Counted from the first letter of the stretch, positions 1 through 10,492 are shown. The stretch is 64,000 nucleotides of DNA from Anaerolineae bacterium (GCA_003130835.1 QEXX01000059.1:219-64218); one strand, 5' to 3'. A program made the numbers and translations. Notes: generated by a model not told the origin, from the letters alone.

Positions 1-1773
1 GATTTGTCCGTCCTTATATACGGTGCGCAGAATGGTCACGTCTGCGCCTTCGGCTGCCCAATCTATTTGACGGATTTCGTTTGGGGCTAATTCCGGATTC
101 TCTTGAAAGAGCGGCTCAGGGGGTTCAACAATAAACTGTAAGCCGCTGGTTTGCCATTCCACCACCCGCCCATCCGAAGTGGAATAGAATTTCCACGTCA
201 GGGTGCGCGCCGGGGCATTCACATAGGTCTCCATCAGCAGCCAATAGGGGGTGTCGTTTTTGAACTTGAAATCCACCACCGGCACAAAGACGGTCGCATC
301 TAAGCCGGCTAAACTCGTGTCAATGCCTCCAGAGCGAGTTTGCTCGTAATAACTCACCCGATAGGCATGCGAATGGCGCTCAATAATTGGATAGCCGCCA
401 AAAAAGGCTGTGCGGAACAAGGTGGTACTGACCTGACAGACACCTCCACCAACCCCCTTAATCGTGCGATCGCCATAGATAATCAGCGCTTCAGCGTAGC
501 CATTGTCCAAGCTTACATCCCCAAGTTTTTCGGCCATCGAAAAGGTCTCGCCCGGTGCGACTAACACGCCATGAAAACGGGCTGCCGCAGTTTGAATGTT
601 TTGAATGCGCTCCGCGCTGGAGCCGTAGAAGTAGGAAGTGTAGCTGCTCACCAGCTCACGGATGCCCAATTGCTCTGCTGTAACTGTATCCCCGATTTGG
701 GGGGGTTTAGTATCCATCACCAATTCAATGCGGTGTTCACCCTGCAACAGCTTTTGTTCGATGGTTTGGAGGGATTTTGGGATATTTAAGGTACGCCCGA
801 TAATTGCGGTTTGAATCACTTCTAATTGTCGGGTTTCGTCGTTGAAAATAAAACGGGCGTTTTCGGGAGAGCGGTTGGTCTCCTTGGCAATTTTTTCCAA
901 TTGGGCTTGCAGCAGTTCTTCTTGAAAGCCGATCCGTACGGTGGCACCCGAAGAGGTCTGAAGGCGTTCAATTTTGAGCATCCTGACCAATTCGGCTGGC
1001 TCAAAGCGCCATTCACGGGTCTCCTCTTCGCCCATTGCAGGTACTTGTAGGACAAGCGCAGACCTTAAGATTGCTCGCACCGTCTCTGCTTGGCTGGAGA
1101 GATCTAAAATTTCTGGCGGCTGTTCCTTTACACTCAACCTCACGATGCCGTCAGTGAGAGTCAGGAGCTGATTACGCAAGGAAGTTAACGAACTCTCGTA
1201 ATCCAAGCTGCGCCCAACCCTGCCCGGCAGAGCTTGTACCTCTAAATCGCGGATTTGCAAGCTAGCTTCTACCGTTGGGACGTTAATCTCTGCCGCAATC
1301 GCCTGTAAGACCGCCAGCGCCTTGCGCTCATCATAGGTCATACGCGGGGATAACGAGGCACCCCGTAGCCAAATTTGTAAGGGGGTAAAGAGGCGTGTCC
1401 ACAGGTCTCCTTCGCGTCCAAGGCGATAGGCAACCAGAGCGGATTGTTGTGCATCGAGGAAAAACCCTACCTCGGAAGGAGCAAAAGCCCAAACGCGCTC
1501 GTTATCTTGCAGGATGATGCGCCCCTTTTGGGAATAGAGCAGATTTTGTTCGATTTTCTGACGAGCCTGTTCTAAGCTCAGCCCCGAGACATCCACCCCT
1601 CCAACCCGCACCTTAGGATAGATGCGGCCTGAGTAGGTCACACTGAGGAAAAGGTTTGCGAGAACGATACTGACTAGAAATAGCCCTACCCCCCCAATCA
1701 GGGCAATCAAGCCATTGAGTAGCAATGGCTGCCAAGATAAAGAGGTTGGCTGTATGCTCGCAATGCGTTTCAT
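1..1773 (-). CDS. VanW-family protein with an N-terminal TM anchor; its 3' end runs off the window start
   Basis: The minus-strand frame is open from the ATG (complement of 1771-1773) to base 1, and is absent from the ORF track because it has no stop. My translation starts MKRIASIQPTSLSWQPLLLNGLIALIGGVGLF. It contains YGSSAERIQNIQTAAARFHGVLVAPGETFS...GVGGGVCQVSTTLFRTAFFGGYPIIERHSHAYRVSYY, the VanW core. Confidence 0.8.
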   Translation of the reverse strand, partial: MKRIASIQPTSLSWQPLLLNGLIALIGGVGLFLVSIVLANLFLSVTYSGRIYPKVRVGGVDVSGLSLEQARQKIEQNLLYSQKGRIILQDNERVWAFAPSEVGFFLDAQQSALVAYRLGREGDLWTRLFTPLQIWLRGASLSPRMTYDERKALAVLQAIAAEINVPTVEASLQIRDLEVQALPGRVGRSLDYESSLTSLRNQLLTLTDGIVRLSVKEQPPEILDLSSQAETVRAILRSALVLQVPAMGEEETREWRFEPAELVRMLKIERLQTSSGATVRIGFQEELLQAQLEKIAKETNRSPENARFIFNDETRQLEVIQTAIIGRTLNIPKSLQTIEQKLLQGEHRIELVMDTKPPQIGDTVTAEQLGIRELVSSYTSYFYGSSAERIQNIQTAAARFHGVLVAPGETFSMAEKLGDVSLDNGYAEALIIYGDRTIKGVGGGVCQVSTTLFRTAFFGGYPIIERHSHAYRVSYYEQTRSGGIDTSLAGLDATVFVPVVDFKFKNDTPYWLLMETYVNAPARTLTWKFYSTSDGRVVEWQTSGLQFIVEPPEPLFQENPELAPNEIRQIDWAAEGADVTILRTVYKDGQI

Positions 1774-1951
1774 GGTGCTTGAAAGAATTATATCGTAATT
1801 GTTCGGCAAGCTTTAAGCGAGCATACCATCGATTACGACACGCAGGCATCCTCGCCTAGGCTGACACACAATTAACAAAGCGTCAGACGAGGGCGCCTGC
1901 TCTCCAGTTTTGTCATCATCTATAAGACCAATCTTATGCTATAGACCGATC

Positions 1952-2425
1952 TCAAGCAACCCCTTCTAAGTTTGCCATCTCATCCTTTTCACTAACCGTC
2001 AGCACCTTGGCTAAATCGAGCAAGATGATCAACCGCTCACCCACTTTGGCAATTCCGGTGATAAAGGCGCTATTGATCGTAGTTACCATAGGGGGTGGAG
2101 GTTCAATGGCTTCTTCTTGCACCCGCAAGACCTCAGACACTGCATCTACAATCATGCCGATTTTCATTCCATCCATTGAGGTCACGACAATGCGTTTATC
2201 CTCGCGGCTGGTCTCAGCATGCGATTCTTTCGAGCCAAGCCCAAAGCGTTTGCGCAAATCCATCACCGGCAATACACTGCCTCTTAAGTTGGTAATGCCT
2301 TCTACAAAAGCTGGGGCTTGGGGCACAGCTGTAATCGGCTGCATTTTGATAATGCTCTCTACTGCAGCGATGTCAACGCCGTAATGCTCATTGGCTAATT
2401 CAAAAACTACAAGCTGGCGTTCCAT
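1952..2425 (-). CDS. cheW: Chemotaxis coupling protein CheW
   Basis: 157 aa. LVVFELANEHYGVDIAAVESII...FVEGITNLRGSVLPVMDLRKRFGL is a typical CheW fold signature. It is the last gene of the che operon. Confidence 0.9.
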   Translation of the reverse strand: MERQLVVFELANEHYGVDIAAVESIIKMQPITAVPQAPAFVEGITNLRGSVLPVMDLRKRFGLGSKESHAETSREDKRIVVTSMDGMKIGMIVDAVSEVLRVQEEAIEPPPPMVTTINSAFITGIAKVGERLIILLDLAKVLTVSEKDEMANLEGVA

Positions 2426-2443
2426 TTGACCTCCTTATATCTG

Positions 2444-4099
2444 CTAATTAGTACCATAGACTGGCTCGGCTAATACTCCACTAGGAAGTCCGAGGGCTTC
2501 TTCGTTAGGCATCCCGTCCGGCAAGGATGACCGATCGTCGAATTGAAACTGCATGACGATTTTGTTCAACTGCACAGCTAGCGCAGCTAGGGACTGGGCA
2601 GCCGCAGCCACTTCTTCCACTTGAGCCGTCATTTCTTCTGCCGAAGCCGAAACCTCCTCAATGGCTGCCGAGTTCTCTTCAGCGACCGAAGCAATGTTCT
2701 CGATCGCTTGGGTTACCGTTTGTGCTGAAGCCGACATTTGTTCTGAAGCGAAGATATTCTGTTCTAACACAGAAGAAACCGCATCCATGGCGGTGATCAT
2801 TTCTTCGGCTGCTTGTTGCATTTGTGCAGAAGCATTGCTCGTATTCGAAGCCCGCTTTTGAACCATCTCTGCCGCATCTAAGATATTTGAAAGGGAATGG
2901 CCGGATTCATTCGCCAATTTCATGCCTACCTGAACCTCATCAGTGGTTTCATTCATCGATGCGACGGCCTCTTGCACGGTGGCTTGAATGCGTTTGACCA
3001 ATTCACCGATTTCCTTGCTCGACAAGGCGGCTCGTTCCGCCAATTTGCGCACCTCATCCGCAACGACTGCAAAGCCCTTCCCATGCTCGCCGGCTCGAGC
3101 CGCCTCGATGGCAGCATTGAGCGCCAGCAGATTCGTCTGAGAAGCAATATCTTGAATCGTCTCCACGATCGAGTGGATTTCAGCCGAGCGCTCTCCCATC
3201 TCGCGCACTTTTTCAGCCGAGCTATTTACCTTAGATACGATTGCTTGCATACTGCGGATGGTAGCTTCCACGCTCTTAAATCCATCTTGCGCTGCCTTAG
3301 TGGCGTTAACCGCATTTTCAATTACGGTTTGGGCGTTGGAAGCTACCTGGCGAATGATGGTCGAGATTTGTGTCGTGAGGTTAGAAGCAGAAGCAACCGC
3401 CTTTGCTTGCTCCTGAGTGCCTGAAGCGACATTTTCAATTGCTCGAGATAACTGGTCTGTAGAAGCAGCCGTTTGGGCAATCGACTCTGATTGCTGACCA
3501 ATCCCTTTCGTTACTTGCTGAACCGTAGCTGCAATTTGCGATGTGGCTTGCCCGGCTAGATCAGCTGAACTCGCCAATTGGGTAGAAGCTTCATATAACG
3601 ATTGACTGCTCTTTGCCACTTGTTGGATGGAATGTTTGAAGGAGTTAATCATCCTTGAGAACGCATTTCCGAAGATGTCTTTCTCAGAACGAGGGGTTAC
3701 TTGGATCCAGAGCTTTCCTTCGGCAAGTTGCTCACTCAAAAAAGCCATCTCGGCTAGATAGGCGATCATCTCATAGAATGCAGATACCAGTTGCCCGATC
3801 TCATCTTTGGAATTTTGCTCTACTTTGACATCTAACTCGCCCCGTGCAATCTTTTGGGCACTGATCGTTAGCTGTTCAATGCGGGTTACCAACTGATCGA
3901 TCCATTTCCAAACGACCAGTAAGGCGAGGATAATGAAGGCTAGTGAGACTAGCACCATATTCCGTAACAAGTGCTCAACTTGAGCGCGTTGAGTTAATAC
4001 TGCAGTGATGCTCAGTGCAAGTGCAAGGCACACAAAACAAGAACCAAACCATACAATCAAGGTGGTTTTCAAAGAAGTTCTTCCCAATGATGACTTCAT
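2444..4099 (-). CDS. Methyl-accepting chemotaxis protein (two TM helices, HAMP domain, MCP signalling domain)
   Basis: 551 aa. It has N-terminal TM helices and a HAMP-like segment ([17 protein letters not shown]). The conserved signalling hairpin is [39 protein letters not shown]. Confidence 0.9.
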   Translation of the reverse strand: MKSSLGRTSLKTTLIVWFGSCFVCLALALSITAVLTQRAQVEHLLRNMVLVSLAFIILALLVVWKWIDQLVTRIEQLTISAQKIARGELDVKVEQNSKDEIGQLVSAFYEMIAYLAEMAFLSEQLAEGKLWIQVTPRSEKDIFGNAFSRMINSFKHSIQQVAKSSQSLYEASTQLASSADLAGQATSQIAATVQQVTKGIGQQSESIAQTAASTDQLSRAIENVASGTQEQAKAVASASNLTTQISTIIRQVASNAQTVIENAVNATKAAQDGFKSVEATIRSMQAIVSKVNSSAEKVREMGERSAEIHSIVETIQDIASQTNLLALNAAIEAARAGEHGKGFAVVADEVRKLAERAALSSKEIGELVKRIQATVQEAVASMNETTDEVQVGMKLANESGHSLSNILDAAEMVQKRASNTSNASAQMQQAAEEMITAMDAVSSVLEQNIFASEQMSASAQTVTQAIENIASVAEENSAAIEEVSASAEEMTAQVEEVAAAAQSLAALAVQLNKIVMQFQFDDRSSLPDGMPNEEALGLPSGVLAEPVYGTN

Positions 4100-4346
4100 T
4101 TAGGTTCTCTCCTTGTGACTTAGCCACTTTGTAGATGACATGATCGACTCACATTTTGCGGTTGATCACTCCTACAGTCTTGCCTCGCTTGAGGCATGAC
4201 CGGCAAGACTCGTTCGAAAGATATGGGGCTTGTCAATCGCAGCATCGGCGCGATTGCCGTTACACCCTCTTATTACACATGATTTCTCATCAATTTGGAA
4301 TAAAAGACAGATGAGTATCGTGTAAAAGTTGCGTAAAGGATGACGC

Positions 4347-5621
4347 TCAGCTCAGAATGTTGAGCGCCTTGCGCATTGTTTCAGCCCATTGGAGGCTTTG
4401 CAAATAGATATCCCGAATGAGATCATTGTTTAGATGGAGAAAATGAACCTTCTCCCATTCAGCTCTCTCATAGGCTAAGACGCATTGGAGTACCTGGCCA
4501 ATCATCCCCTTGCCTTCAAGTAATCCCTCTTTGATAACCATGGACAACCGAATATTTTCCAACAATTCTTCAAGAGGGGTATCCATAATTGCATCCAAGG
4601 CAGAAAGCAAGCCAGCTAGGAAATAAGACTCGGGATCACTCAGTTTGGCATGAATCGCCAACAATTCACTCATGCGCGCCCGTACCATTGCCAGGATTGT
4701 CAATTCGCGAGGCTTATCCTGCTTCTCGGCAAGGAGAATCAAGGTAAGCCAACCGCGCAGCTTCTCCAAGCCCAGTAAAGCCATTGCCTGACGGATGGAT
4801 TTAATCTCTGATCGGATGCCGTAATAAGCGGAATTGGTTAGCCGTAAGAGTTTATAACTCAGAATGGCATCCTGTGAGATGATCTGCTCTAGCGCTTCAA
4901 ATCCCACGTCAGGGTCTTGCAGTTTTGCTAACAACTGCATTAAGACAAAGCGGGAGCTAGGCACCTTTCGCCCCGTAATCAGGTTCGGCCGGCAAAGGAA
5001 AAACCCTTGAAAAAAGTCAAAGCCAGCCTGCATACACAAATTCAATTGTTCCTGCGTTTCAACCTTTTCGGCTAATAACTTCGCTCTCTGAAATTGCAAG
5101 CGATAAGCCAGAGGTTGAAGTTTTTCTGGAGGGATTAAGGTCAAATCTAACTTCAAAATATCCGCAACGTTTAATAACGAGCGAATGGTTGCAATGGAAG
5201 CCACGTCATCCAAGGCAATCTGATAGCCTTGCCGGGAGAATTCTTGAATATTGTCGAGGACTTCCTTATCTAAAATCCAATCCTCCGGCACCTCAATGAC
5301 CAGTTGACGAGGAGCAAAGGGAATTGGATATTTTTCAAGGAAAAATTGGCGTGTCAGGTTAATAAAAGCTTTTTGGCGGCCGACAACCTCTTCTAACCCA
5401 ATCTCGGCAAAGGTGTTGAGAATCACCTGAGAGGTCGCTTCATCTTCGTTCAGAAAGGTGGCGGACTCACTTCCTTTACTACGATAGAGAAGTTCATAGC
5501 CTATAACCCGTAAGTATCGATCAAAGATGGGTTGCCTGCCAATAAAAACATTCGGCAACACCCCCGTTGGCAGAACACGGCGCGGAACATTTGGAGGAAA
5601 TTCAGAAAAGTTGTCCCCCAT
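4347..5621 (-). CDS. EAL-domain plus HDOD-domain protein (COG3434-type c-di-GMP phosphodiesterase or sensor)
   Basis: 424 aa. The N-terminal IGRQPIFDRYLRVIGYELLYRS and QLVIEVPE motifs are EAL-type. The C-terminal half (LMQLLAKLQDPDVGFEALEQIISQDAILSYKLLRLTNSAYYG) is HDOD. Confidence 0.85.
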   Translation of the reverse strand: MGDNFSEFPPNVPRRVLPTGVLPNVFIGRQPIFDRYLRVIGYELLYRSKGSESATFLNEDEATSQVILNTFAEIGLEEVVGRQKAFINLTRQFFLEKYPIPFAPRQLVIEVPEDWILDKEVLDNIQEFSRQGYQIALDDVASIATIRSLLNVADILKLDLTLIPPEKLQPLAYRLQFQRAKLLAEKVETQEQLNLCMQAGFDFFQGFFLCRPNLITGRKVPSSRFVLMQLLAKLQDPDVGFEALEQIISQDAILSYKLLRLTNSAYYGIRSEIKSIRQAMALLGLEKLRGWLTLILLAEKQDKPRELTILAMVRARMSELLAIHAKLSDPESYFLAGLLSALDAIMDTPLEELLENIRLSMVIKEGLLEGKGMIGQVLQCVLAYERAEWEKVHFLHLNNDLIRDIYLQSLQWAETMRKALNILS

Positions 5622-5760
5622 AGGGAAAATCCTAATTTCTCTCTACAGGTTAGACCGAGACCACCTTAGATATCCCGTAATAATGCTTCTTGCAATACAC
5701 TATTTGAATTATAAACGCTTTTTTAAATTTGACCATTTTGCTTGCCCATCGGATGGCTGC

Positions 5761-6276
5761 TCATAAGGTAAAGCGGTTTGCTACAACCGTATTCCCTTGA
5801 GAAATCACCCGTTGGCTGCCTTCCCGCAACGCAAGGTGAATGGTCAAAGAACCGATCTCGCAATTTAGGGGCACAATTAGGCGAGCAAAGTCCAACGTTG
5901 AGATAATCGCCCCTTTTCCCATCAAGAAGGTTGGTGGAGAGATGACTGACTCGTATCCCGCTTGTGCTAAAAGCACACTCGCCCTCCCGGTGATTACATT
6001 CGCTAACTCAGCAATACTGCTCTGGGCAAGGGCACTCAGCGACTTCAATTCTTCTTCCATCATACGAGAAGCAAGAGCAATGGCGGTCTGGTTATTCAAG
6101 CTATAGATCACATTTCCCATCACTTGACCGACCAAACTGATGATGATGGTAATATCATCTGTCGAATAGGGTTCTTTATCGAGGTTTAGCTCACCGCGGG
6201 TAACCGTCAAGCGGGTTTCAGCTTGTAAGACCTGATAGGCTGCTTCAACAAAAGGGTTTAGAAACTTAACGTTCAT
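5761..6276 (-). CDS. cheX: CheX-like CheY-P phosphatase (CheC/CheX/FliY superfamily), paralogue 1
   Basis: 171 aa. The N-terminus MNVKFLNPFVEAAYQVLQAE and its overall size and pattern match the CheX family. The first 14 residues are nearly identical to the neighbouring paralogue. Confidence 0.7.
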   Translation of the reverse strand: MNVKFLNPFVEAAYQVLQAETRLTVTRGELNLDKEPYSTDDITIIISLVGQVMGNVIYSLNNQTAIALASRMMEEELKSLSALAQSSIAELANVITGRASVLLAQAGYESVISPPTFLMGKGAIISTLDFARLIVPLNCEIGSLTIHLALREGSQRVISQGNTVVANRFTL

Positions 6277-6298
6277 TTCTCCTCCGAAAGAACAGCAA

Positions 6299-6820
6299 TT
6301 ATTTTTTCGCTGAATCCGGCACCATTACCGGGACAAAGGTTGATGAGTGCGTTCCAGGAGGGGCTTCCCGCAATGCCAAATGCACCGATACCTCGCCCAG
6401 CTCCGTTGTCAGAGGCACAACCACTCGGGCAAAATCTAATGTAGAGATCGTAACGCCACGTCCGTGAATCAAGGTAGGAGGGGAAATATTCGCAGAATAA
6501 CCCGCTTTTGAAAGCCGGATGGTCGCTTGCCCCGAAATGACATTTCCTAATTCAGCAACGCCACTTTGTGCCAAGTTGTCAAACTCGGGAAATTCTTGTC
6601 CCATCACGCGCGAGACCAAAGCCAAGCCGGTTTTTTCAGACAATCCATAGAGGACAACCCCTTGCACTTGTCCAACCAAACTAATCAGGACGGTCACATC
6701 ATCCGTGGTTAGAGCAGATTTATGCAATGTTAGATTACCACGTTTCACTTCAACGCCACATTCAGCTTGTAGCACCTCTGAGGCAGCTTCGACGAAAGGG
6801 TTTAAGAATTTTACATTCAT
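6299..6820 (-). CDS. cheX: CheX-like CheY-P phosphatase, paralogue 2
   Basis: 173 aa starting MNVKFLNPFVEAASEVLQAE. It is collinear with 5761-6276 (ISLVGQV, ISPPT, ISTLDFAR, HLALRE are shared). Confidence 0.7.
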   Translation of the reverse strand: MNVKFLNPFVEAASEVLQAECGVEVKRGNLTLHKSALTTDDVTVLISLVGQVQGVVLYGLSEKTGLALVSRVMGQEFPEFDNLAQSGVAELGNVISGQATIRLSKAGYSANISPPTLIHGRGVTISTLDFARVVVPLTTELGEVSVHLALREAPPGTHSSTFVPVMVPDSAKK

Positions 6821-7677
6821 GCCATGAATCTCCTTGTCCGAATAAATTCATCTGCTTCTTCGACAAAGGGTAAAATTCGGTCAGAAATCTCGTTGAACTT
6901 ATGATCATTCCAATTCATTCTCTCAACAGCGAGCGGATCCACCGAATACTGCAAGCCATCTTTTCCTAAGCCGATGCCCAGGCTCATCGCAACAGCATCC
7001 GCTAGGTGCACTGCCGCAGCTAAGATTGCACCTTCGTTTGCCTGTGACGGGCGATGATGGTTAGCGATGGCATCCACCAATGGATTGGGTAATCGCCAAC
7101 GACGTGCCAGTTCTGCCCCTAGAGCTGCATGATCAATCCCAAAATGTGACAATTCCATTTCATTAAAGGGGCGCCCTTGCCAATCGGGTTGGCTGGTGTT
7201 GGTATTTCGCAATAATATTTCGAGGGCGAGTTTTCCTATATCACACAATAAGCCGGCATGATACGCTTCCTCGGAGATTTTTTGTCCAAAATCTGCTGCA
7301 ATCAAACGCGCTCCTGCAGCGACCGCAATCGAGTGTCGCCAAAGTTCGCCGCGTTCGAGGGCATAGCCTGGGGCAGGGCGTTCAAGAAATGAGGCTACAG
7401 AAGCAGCAAGAATCAGGCTATGTAAGGTGCGGTAGCCCAAATACGTCACGGCTTGATGAACGGTAGAGACCGGATATTTCAAACCATAGTAGGCAGAGTT
7501 TGCCCAACGTAAGACCAAACTCGTCATCGCTTCATCCATGGCTAAGATTTTTGCTACATCAGCCATATCCGATTTCGGATCTCGGATGAGGTCTAAAGCC
7601 CTTTGAGCCACTTGAGGCATCGGCGGCAACTCACCAACCCTACGGATTAAATCATCCATCGTAACTTCGGGAGACAT
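6817..7677 (-). CDS. Stand-alone HDOD-domain protein
   Basis: 286 aa. LPPMPQVAQRALDLIRDPKSDMADVAKILAMDEAMTSLVLRWANSAYYGLKYPVSTVHQAVTYLG is the HDOD signature. It overlaps the next gene by 4 nt. Confidence 0.8.
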   Translation of the reverse strand: MSPEVTMDDLIRRVGELPPMPQVAQRALDLIRDPKSDMADVAKILAMDEAMTSLVLRWANSAYYGLKYPVSTVHQAVTYLGYRTLHSLILAASVASFLERPAPGYALERGELWRHSIAVAAGARLIAADFGQKISEEAYHAGLLCDIGKLALEILLRNTNTSQPDWQGRPFNEMELSHFGIDHAALGAELARRWRLPNPLVDAIANHHRPSQANEGAILAAAVHLADAVAMSLGIGLGKDGLQYSVDPLAVERMNWNDHKFNEISDRILPFVEEADEFIRTRRFMA

Positions 7678-7679
7678 GA

Positions 7680-8480
7680 CTATACCCTCTCATAAAAAGA
7701 AATTCCCGCATTGCGCAACCCATAGGTTTGCGGATGAGGGATAATTTCCGTTGCCCCAACGAAGAGAACGCCGCCCGGGCGCAAGGCATCTCGAAACGCT
7801 TTATACAATTGATCTTTGGCGGCGGAAGTGAAGTAAATCACCACGTTGCGACATACAATGAGATCCAGCTCTTTCGGAAAAGGATCGGCAAACAAATTGT
7901 GTTCGCGAAACTCCACCTTTTTGATCAGAGACGATGTAACATAATACGGAGGCCCGCCTGGCTGAAGATAAACTGAGCGTTGTGTTGCGGTTAGATTTTG
8001 AATCTCTTCGGTTGTATATGGTCCTCCTTGGCGGGCTTTGTTCAATGCCCCAAGGTCATAATCGGTCGCTAAGATCGAATGTCGCCGACGCGGGGCAAGT
8101 TCATCAAGCAAAATCGCCAAACTATAAGCTTCTGCCCCAATGGAACAACCGGCACTCCAGATCCGTAACCCGCTCTCCGCTAACCCGCGTTGGAGCGCTT
8201 CTTTGAGTAAACGCGGCAACACCATTTCAGCCAAAGTCTTCCACCGTTCCGGGTCACGGAAAAAAGCTGAGACGTTGATTGTAAGATAATCACGAAAGCG
8301 ATTCCGTTCTTTTTCATCGATACGAATACGCTCAAAATAGCTCTTCCAATCCGTAGAACCACTGCGCACTAGCCACGAATCCAACCGTCGGCGCATCTGC
8401 TCATCTTTGTAATGATTAAGATCAAGCTCAAGCAGTCGTTTAACCTGTCGTTTGATATCTTGATAAACCTCTAAGTCCAT
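7680..8480 (-). CDS. cheR: Chemotaxis protein methyltransferase CheR
   Basis: 266 aa. TINVSAFFRDPERW, RIWSAGCSIGAEAYSLAILL and LIVCRNVVIYF are CheR SAM-methyltransferase motifs. Confidence 0.9.
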   Translation of the reverse strand: MDLEVYQDIKRQVKRLLELDLNHYKDEQMRRRLDSWLVRSGSTDWKSYFERIRIDEKERNRFRDYLTINVSAFFRDPERWKTLAEMVLPRLLKEALQRGLAESGLRIWSAGCSIGAEAYSLAILLDELAPRRRHSILATDYDLGALNKARQGGPYTTEEIQNLTATQRSVYLQPGGPPYYVTSSLIKKVEFREHNLFADPFPKELDLIVCRNVVIYFTSAAKDQLYKAFRDALRPGGVLFVGATEIIPHPQTYGLRNAGISFYERV

Positions 8481-9574
8481 TGAACAGCCCTCGCTATTGC
8501 GTCTGGAATGTTCGCTAGAGGAGCTACTTCATCGGCTACGCCAGCTTCAACCACGCTGCGGGGCATGCCCCAAACCACACAACTCGATTCGTCTTCTGCG
8601 ATTACCTTGCCACCAACAGAATGGGTCAAGACAGCTCCGTTGGCACCATCTCTCCCCATGCCGGTTAAGACAACCGCTACCGTAGCTTTGCCGAAATTTT
8701 GGGCAACCGAGATCAGGGTGACATCCACCGCCGGACGAACACCGTGAACGGTTGGATTCTGGTTCAGACTAACACTTCCATCTTTATCAAAGACCATGTG
8801 GAAGCCACCCGGCGCCACTAAAACCTTGCCAACTTCCAACCGATCACCCGGTTCCGCTTCTTTGACCATTAATTCGGAAAGACTATTCAGCCGCTCAGCC
8901 AAAGATCGGGTAAACCCAACGGGCATGTGTTGCACAATCACAAAGGCAGCCGGCAGATCGGCAGAAAGCTGTGGAATCAATTGATTAAGAGCGCGCGGGC
9001 CGCCCGTCGAAGCACCAATGACAACCACCTTATCCGTCTCACGACGGGGACGCACCTTTTTGGGTAACGTATCTCCAGGCCCTTTTTGGGGTAAAGAAAT
9101 GGACGGCGCCAGCGCGATCACCTTTGCCTTTGCGGCACGCCGGATTTTGACCACCAAATCCTCAATGATTTGCTCAATATTGGCTTTGGATTCGGGTTTA
9201 GCGATAAAATCAATTGCTCCAAATGTGAGGGCTTGAATTGTCTCCCGCGCGCCCTCGGTCGTCAGACTGCTGACCATAATTACTGGTGTTGGGCGGGTTG
9301 CCATGATTTGTCTTAGGGTCGTCAAGCCATCCATGTGCGGCATTTCAACATCCAAAGTAATGACGTCTGGTTTGAGACTCTCAAGCAAGTTCAAAGCCTC
9401 TTTACCGTCATGGGCAGCCCCGACAATGGTCAACCCCGGCGTCTCCCCTAAGCGGCGGGTTAGGGTATAGCGCATGAAAGCCGAGTCATCCACGATCAGA
9501 ACGCGGATGTTTTGATCCCCGCTGTTTTGAGGCGAACTCGTGTCACTTGGCTTGCTGGGTGGCAAAGGAGCCAT
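8471..9574 (-). CDS. cheB: Chemotaxis response regulator protein-glutamate methylesterase CheB
   Basis: 367 aa. The receiver domain is IRVLIVDDSAFMR...DVITLDVEMPHMDG. The methylesterase domain is VVIGASTGGPRAL, VIVQHMP and LTGMGRDG. Confidence 0.9.
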   Translation of the reverse strand: MAPLPPSKPSDTSSPQNSGDQNIRVLIVDDSAFMRYTLTRRLGETPGLTIVGAAHDGKEALNLLESLKPDVITLDVEMPHMDGLTTLRQIMATRPTPVIMVSSLTTEGARETIQALTFGAIDFIAKPESKANIEQIIEDLVVKIRRAAKAKVIALAPSISLPQKGPGDTLPKKVRPRRETDKVVVIGASTGGPRALNQLIPQLSADLPAAFVIVQHMPVGFTRSLAERLNSLSELMVKEAEPGDRLEVGKVLVAPGGFHMVFDKDGSVSLNQNPTVHGVRPAVDVTLISVAQNFGKATVAVVLTGMGRDGANGAVLTHSVGGKVIAEDESSCVVWGMPRSVVEAGVADEVAPLANIPDAIARAVQWT

Positions 9575-9586
9575 GGCAATACTGCT

Positions 9587-9943
9587 CTATCCAACCAATT
9601 TCGCCACTGCGCTTAGGACGCGCTCCTTCTCAAAAGGTTTGACCACAAAATCACGCGCCCCGGCCTTAATGGCTTCTAAGACAACAGATTCTTGGCCTAA
9701 AGCAGTAAGCATGACCACTTTAGCAGATGAGTCAAAACTGCGAATCTCGCGCAAAGCTGTCAGCCCATCCATCTCGGGCATTGTGATATCCATGAGGACC
9801 AAATCTGGCCGAGCGCTTTTATAGGTTTCAACCGCCTTGAGACCATTTTCTGCCTCGATAATTTCATGCCCTTCGCTGCTGAGCATTTTTGAGATTCTCA
9901 CCCTTAGAAATTCTGCATCGTCCACAACAAGAATTTTTGCCAT
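9587..9943 (-). CDS. cheY: Single-domain response regulator CheY
   Basis: 118 aa. The motifs are MAKILVVDDAEFLR, DLVLMDITMPEMDG and FVVKPF. Confidence 0.9.
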   Translation of the reverse strand: MAKILVVDDAEFLRVRISKMLSSEGHEIIEAENGLKAVETYKSARPDLVLMDITMPEMDGLTALREIRSFDSSAKVVMLTALGQESVVLEAIKAGARDFVVKPFEKERVLSAVAKLVG

Positions 9944-9982
9944 TCAGTCCATCTCCTTTGCTATAAAAATTTCGTTCTAAGT

Positions 9983-10492
9983 TTAGACCTCTCTCTCTTG
10001 ATTTCCAACGGTGCGAATCGTCATTCGACCGTCGCGGACATAGAATCGAACTGTCCGTCCGATGGTGCCACCGACTTCCTCAGCAACCAGCCTTAAGCGT
10101 AGTCGTTGCAACGTCTCATGAGCAGCTTCGACATTGCGAGTGCCAATATTAAAGGTGTGGGCAAAGCCGGGCGCAGTAAGCATATTGGCACCTCCTGCCA
10201 TGCGTACAATAATTCGCGAAGGGACAGCACCAGCTTTGATCATTTCTTCCAATAGAAGCTCAATCCCCGAGGTGACATACTTGGCACTCTTTTCAACAGC
10301 ACCGTTAGGGCTAGAGGGCAACACGGCATGAAGCAAGCCGGCTAGGCGAAGCTGGGGATCGTACAGACCGATTCCAACACAAGAGCCTAATCCATAAGCG
10401 ACAAGGACATCGCTGACCGTGTGGCTGATTTTGTATTCACCCAATCCGACTGCGAGATTATCCTGCATTCTTTGCCTCAATTTGTTTCGCAA
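9983..10492 (-). CDS. cheD: Chemoreceptor glutamine deamidase CheD
   Basis: 169 aa. GLGSCVGIGLYDP contains the catalytic Cys, and GGANM and FNIGTRN are also present. The start is uncertain; an internal Met at 10468 is possible because the ORF overlaps cheC. Confidence 0.85.
   Translation of the reverse strand: MRNKLRQRMQDNLAVGLGEYKISHTVSDVLVAYGLGSCVGIGLYDPQLRLAGLLHAVLPSSPNGAVEKSAKYVTSGIELLLEEMIKAGAVPSRIIVRMAGGANMLTAPGFAHTFNIGTRNVEAAHETLQRLRLRLVAEEVGGTIGRTVRFYVRDGRMTIRTVGNQEREV

Noticed and set aside
2007-3424. Plus-strand ORFs (2007-2384, 2095-2295, 2661-2861, 2897-3424) antisense to cheW and the MCP gene
   Set aside because: They lie entirely inside strongly recognisable minus-strand genes. 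Their translations are low-complexity mirror products of a conserved coding strand, and they have no RBS or family signal.
4176-4210. 9-bp inverted repeat (AGTCTTGCC...GGCAAGACT) in the 247-nt gap between the EAL-HDOD gene and the MCP gene
   Set aside because: It could be an internal terminator or attenuator, but no U-run follows on the transcribed (minus) strand and no known motif was recognised. There is too little evidence to call it.
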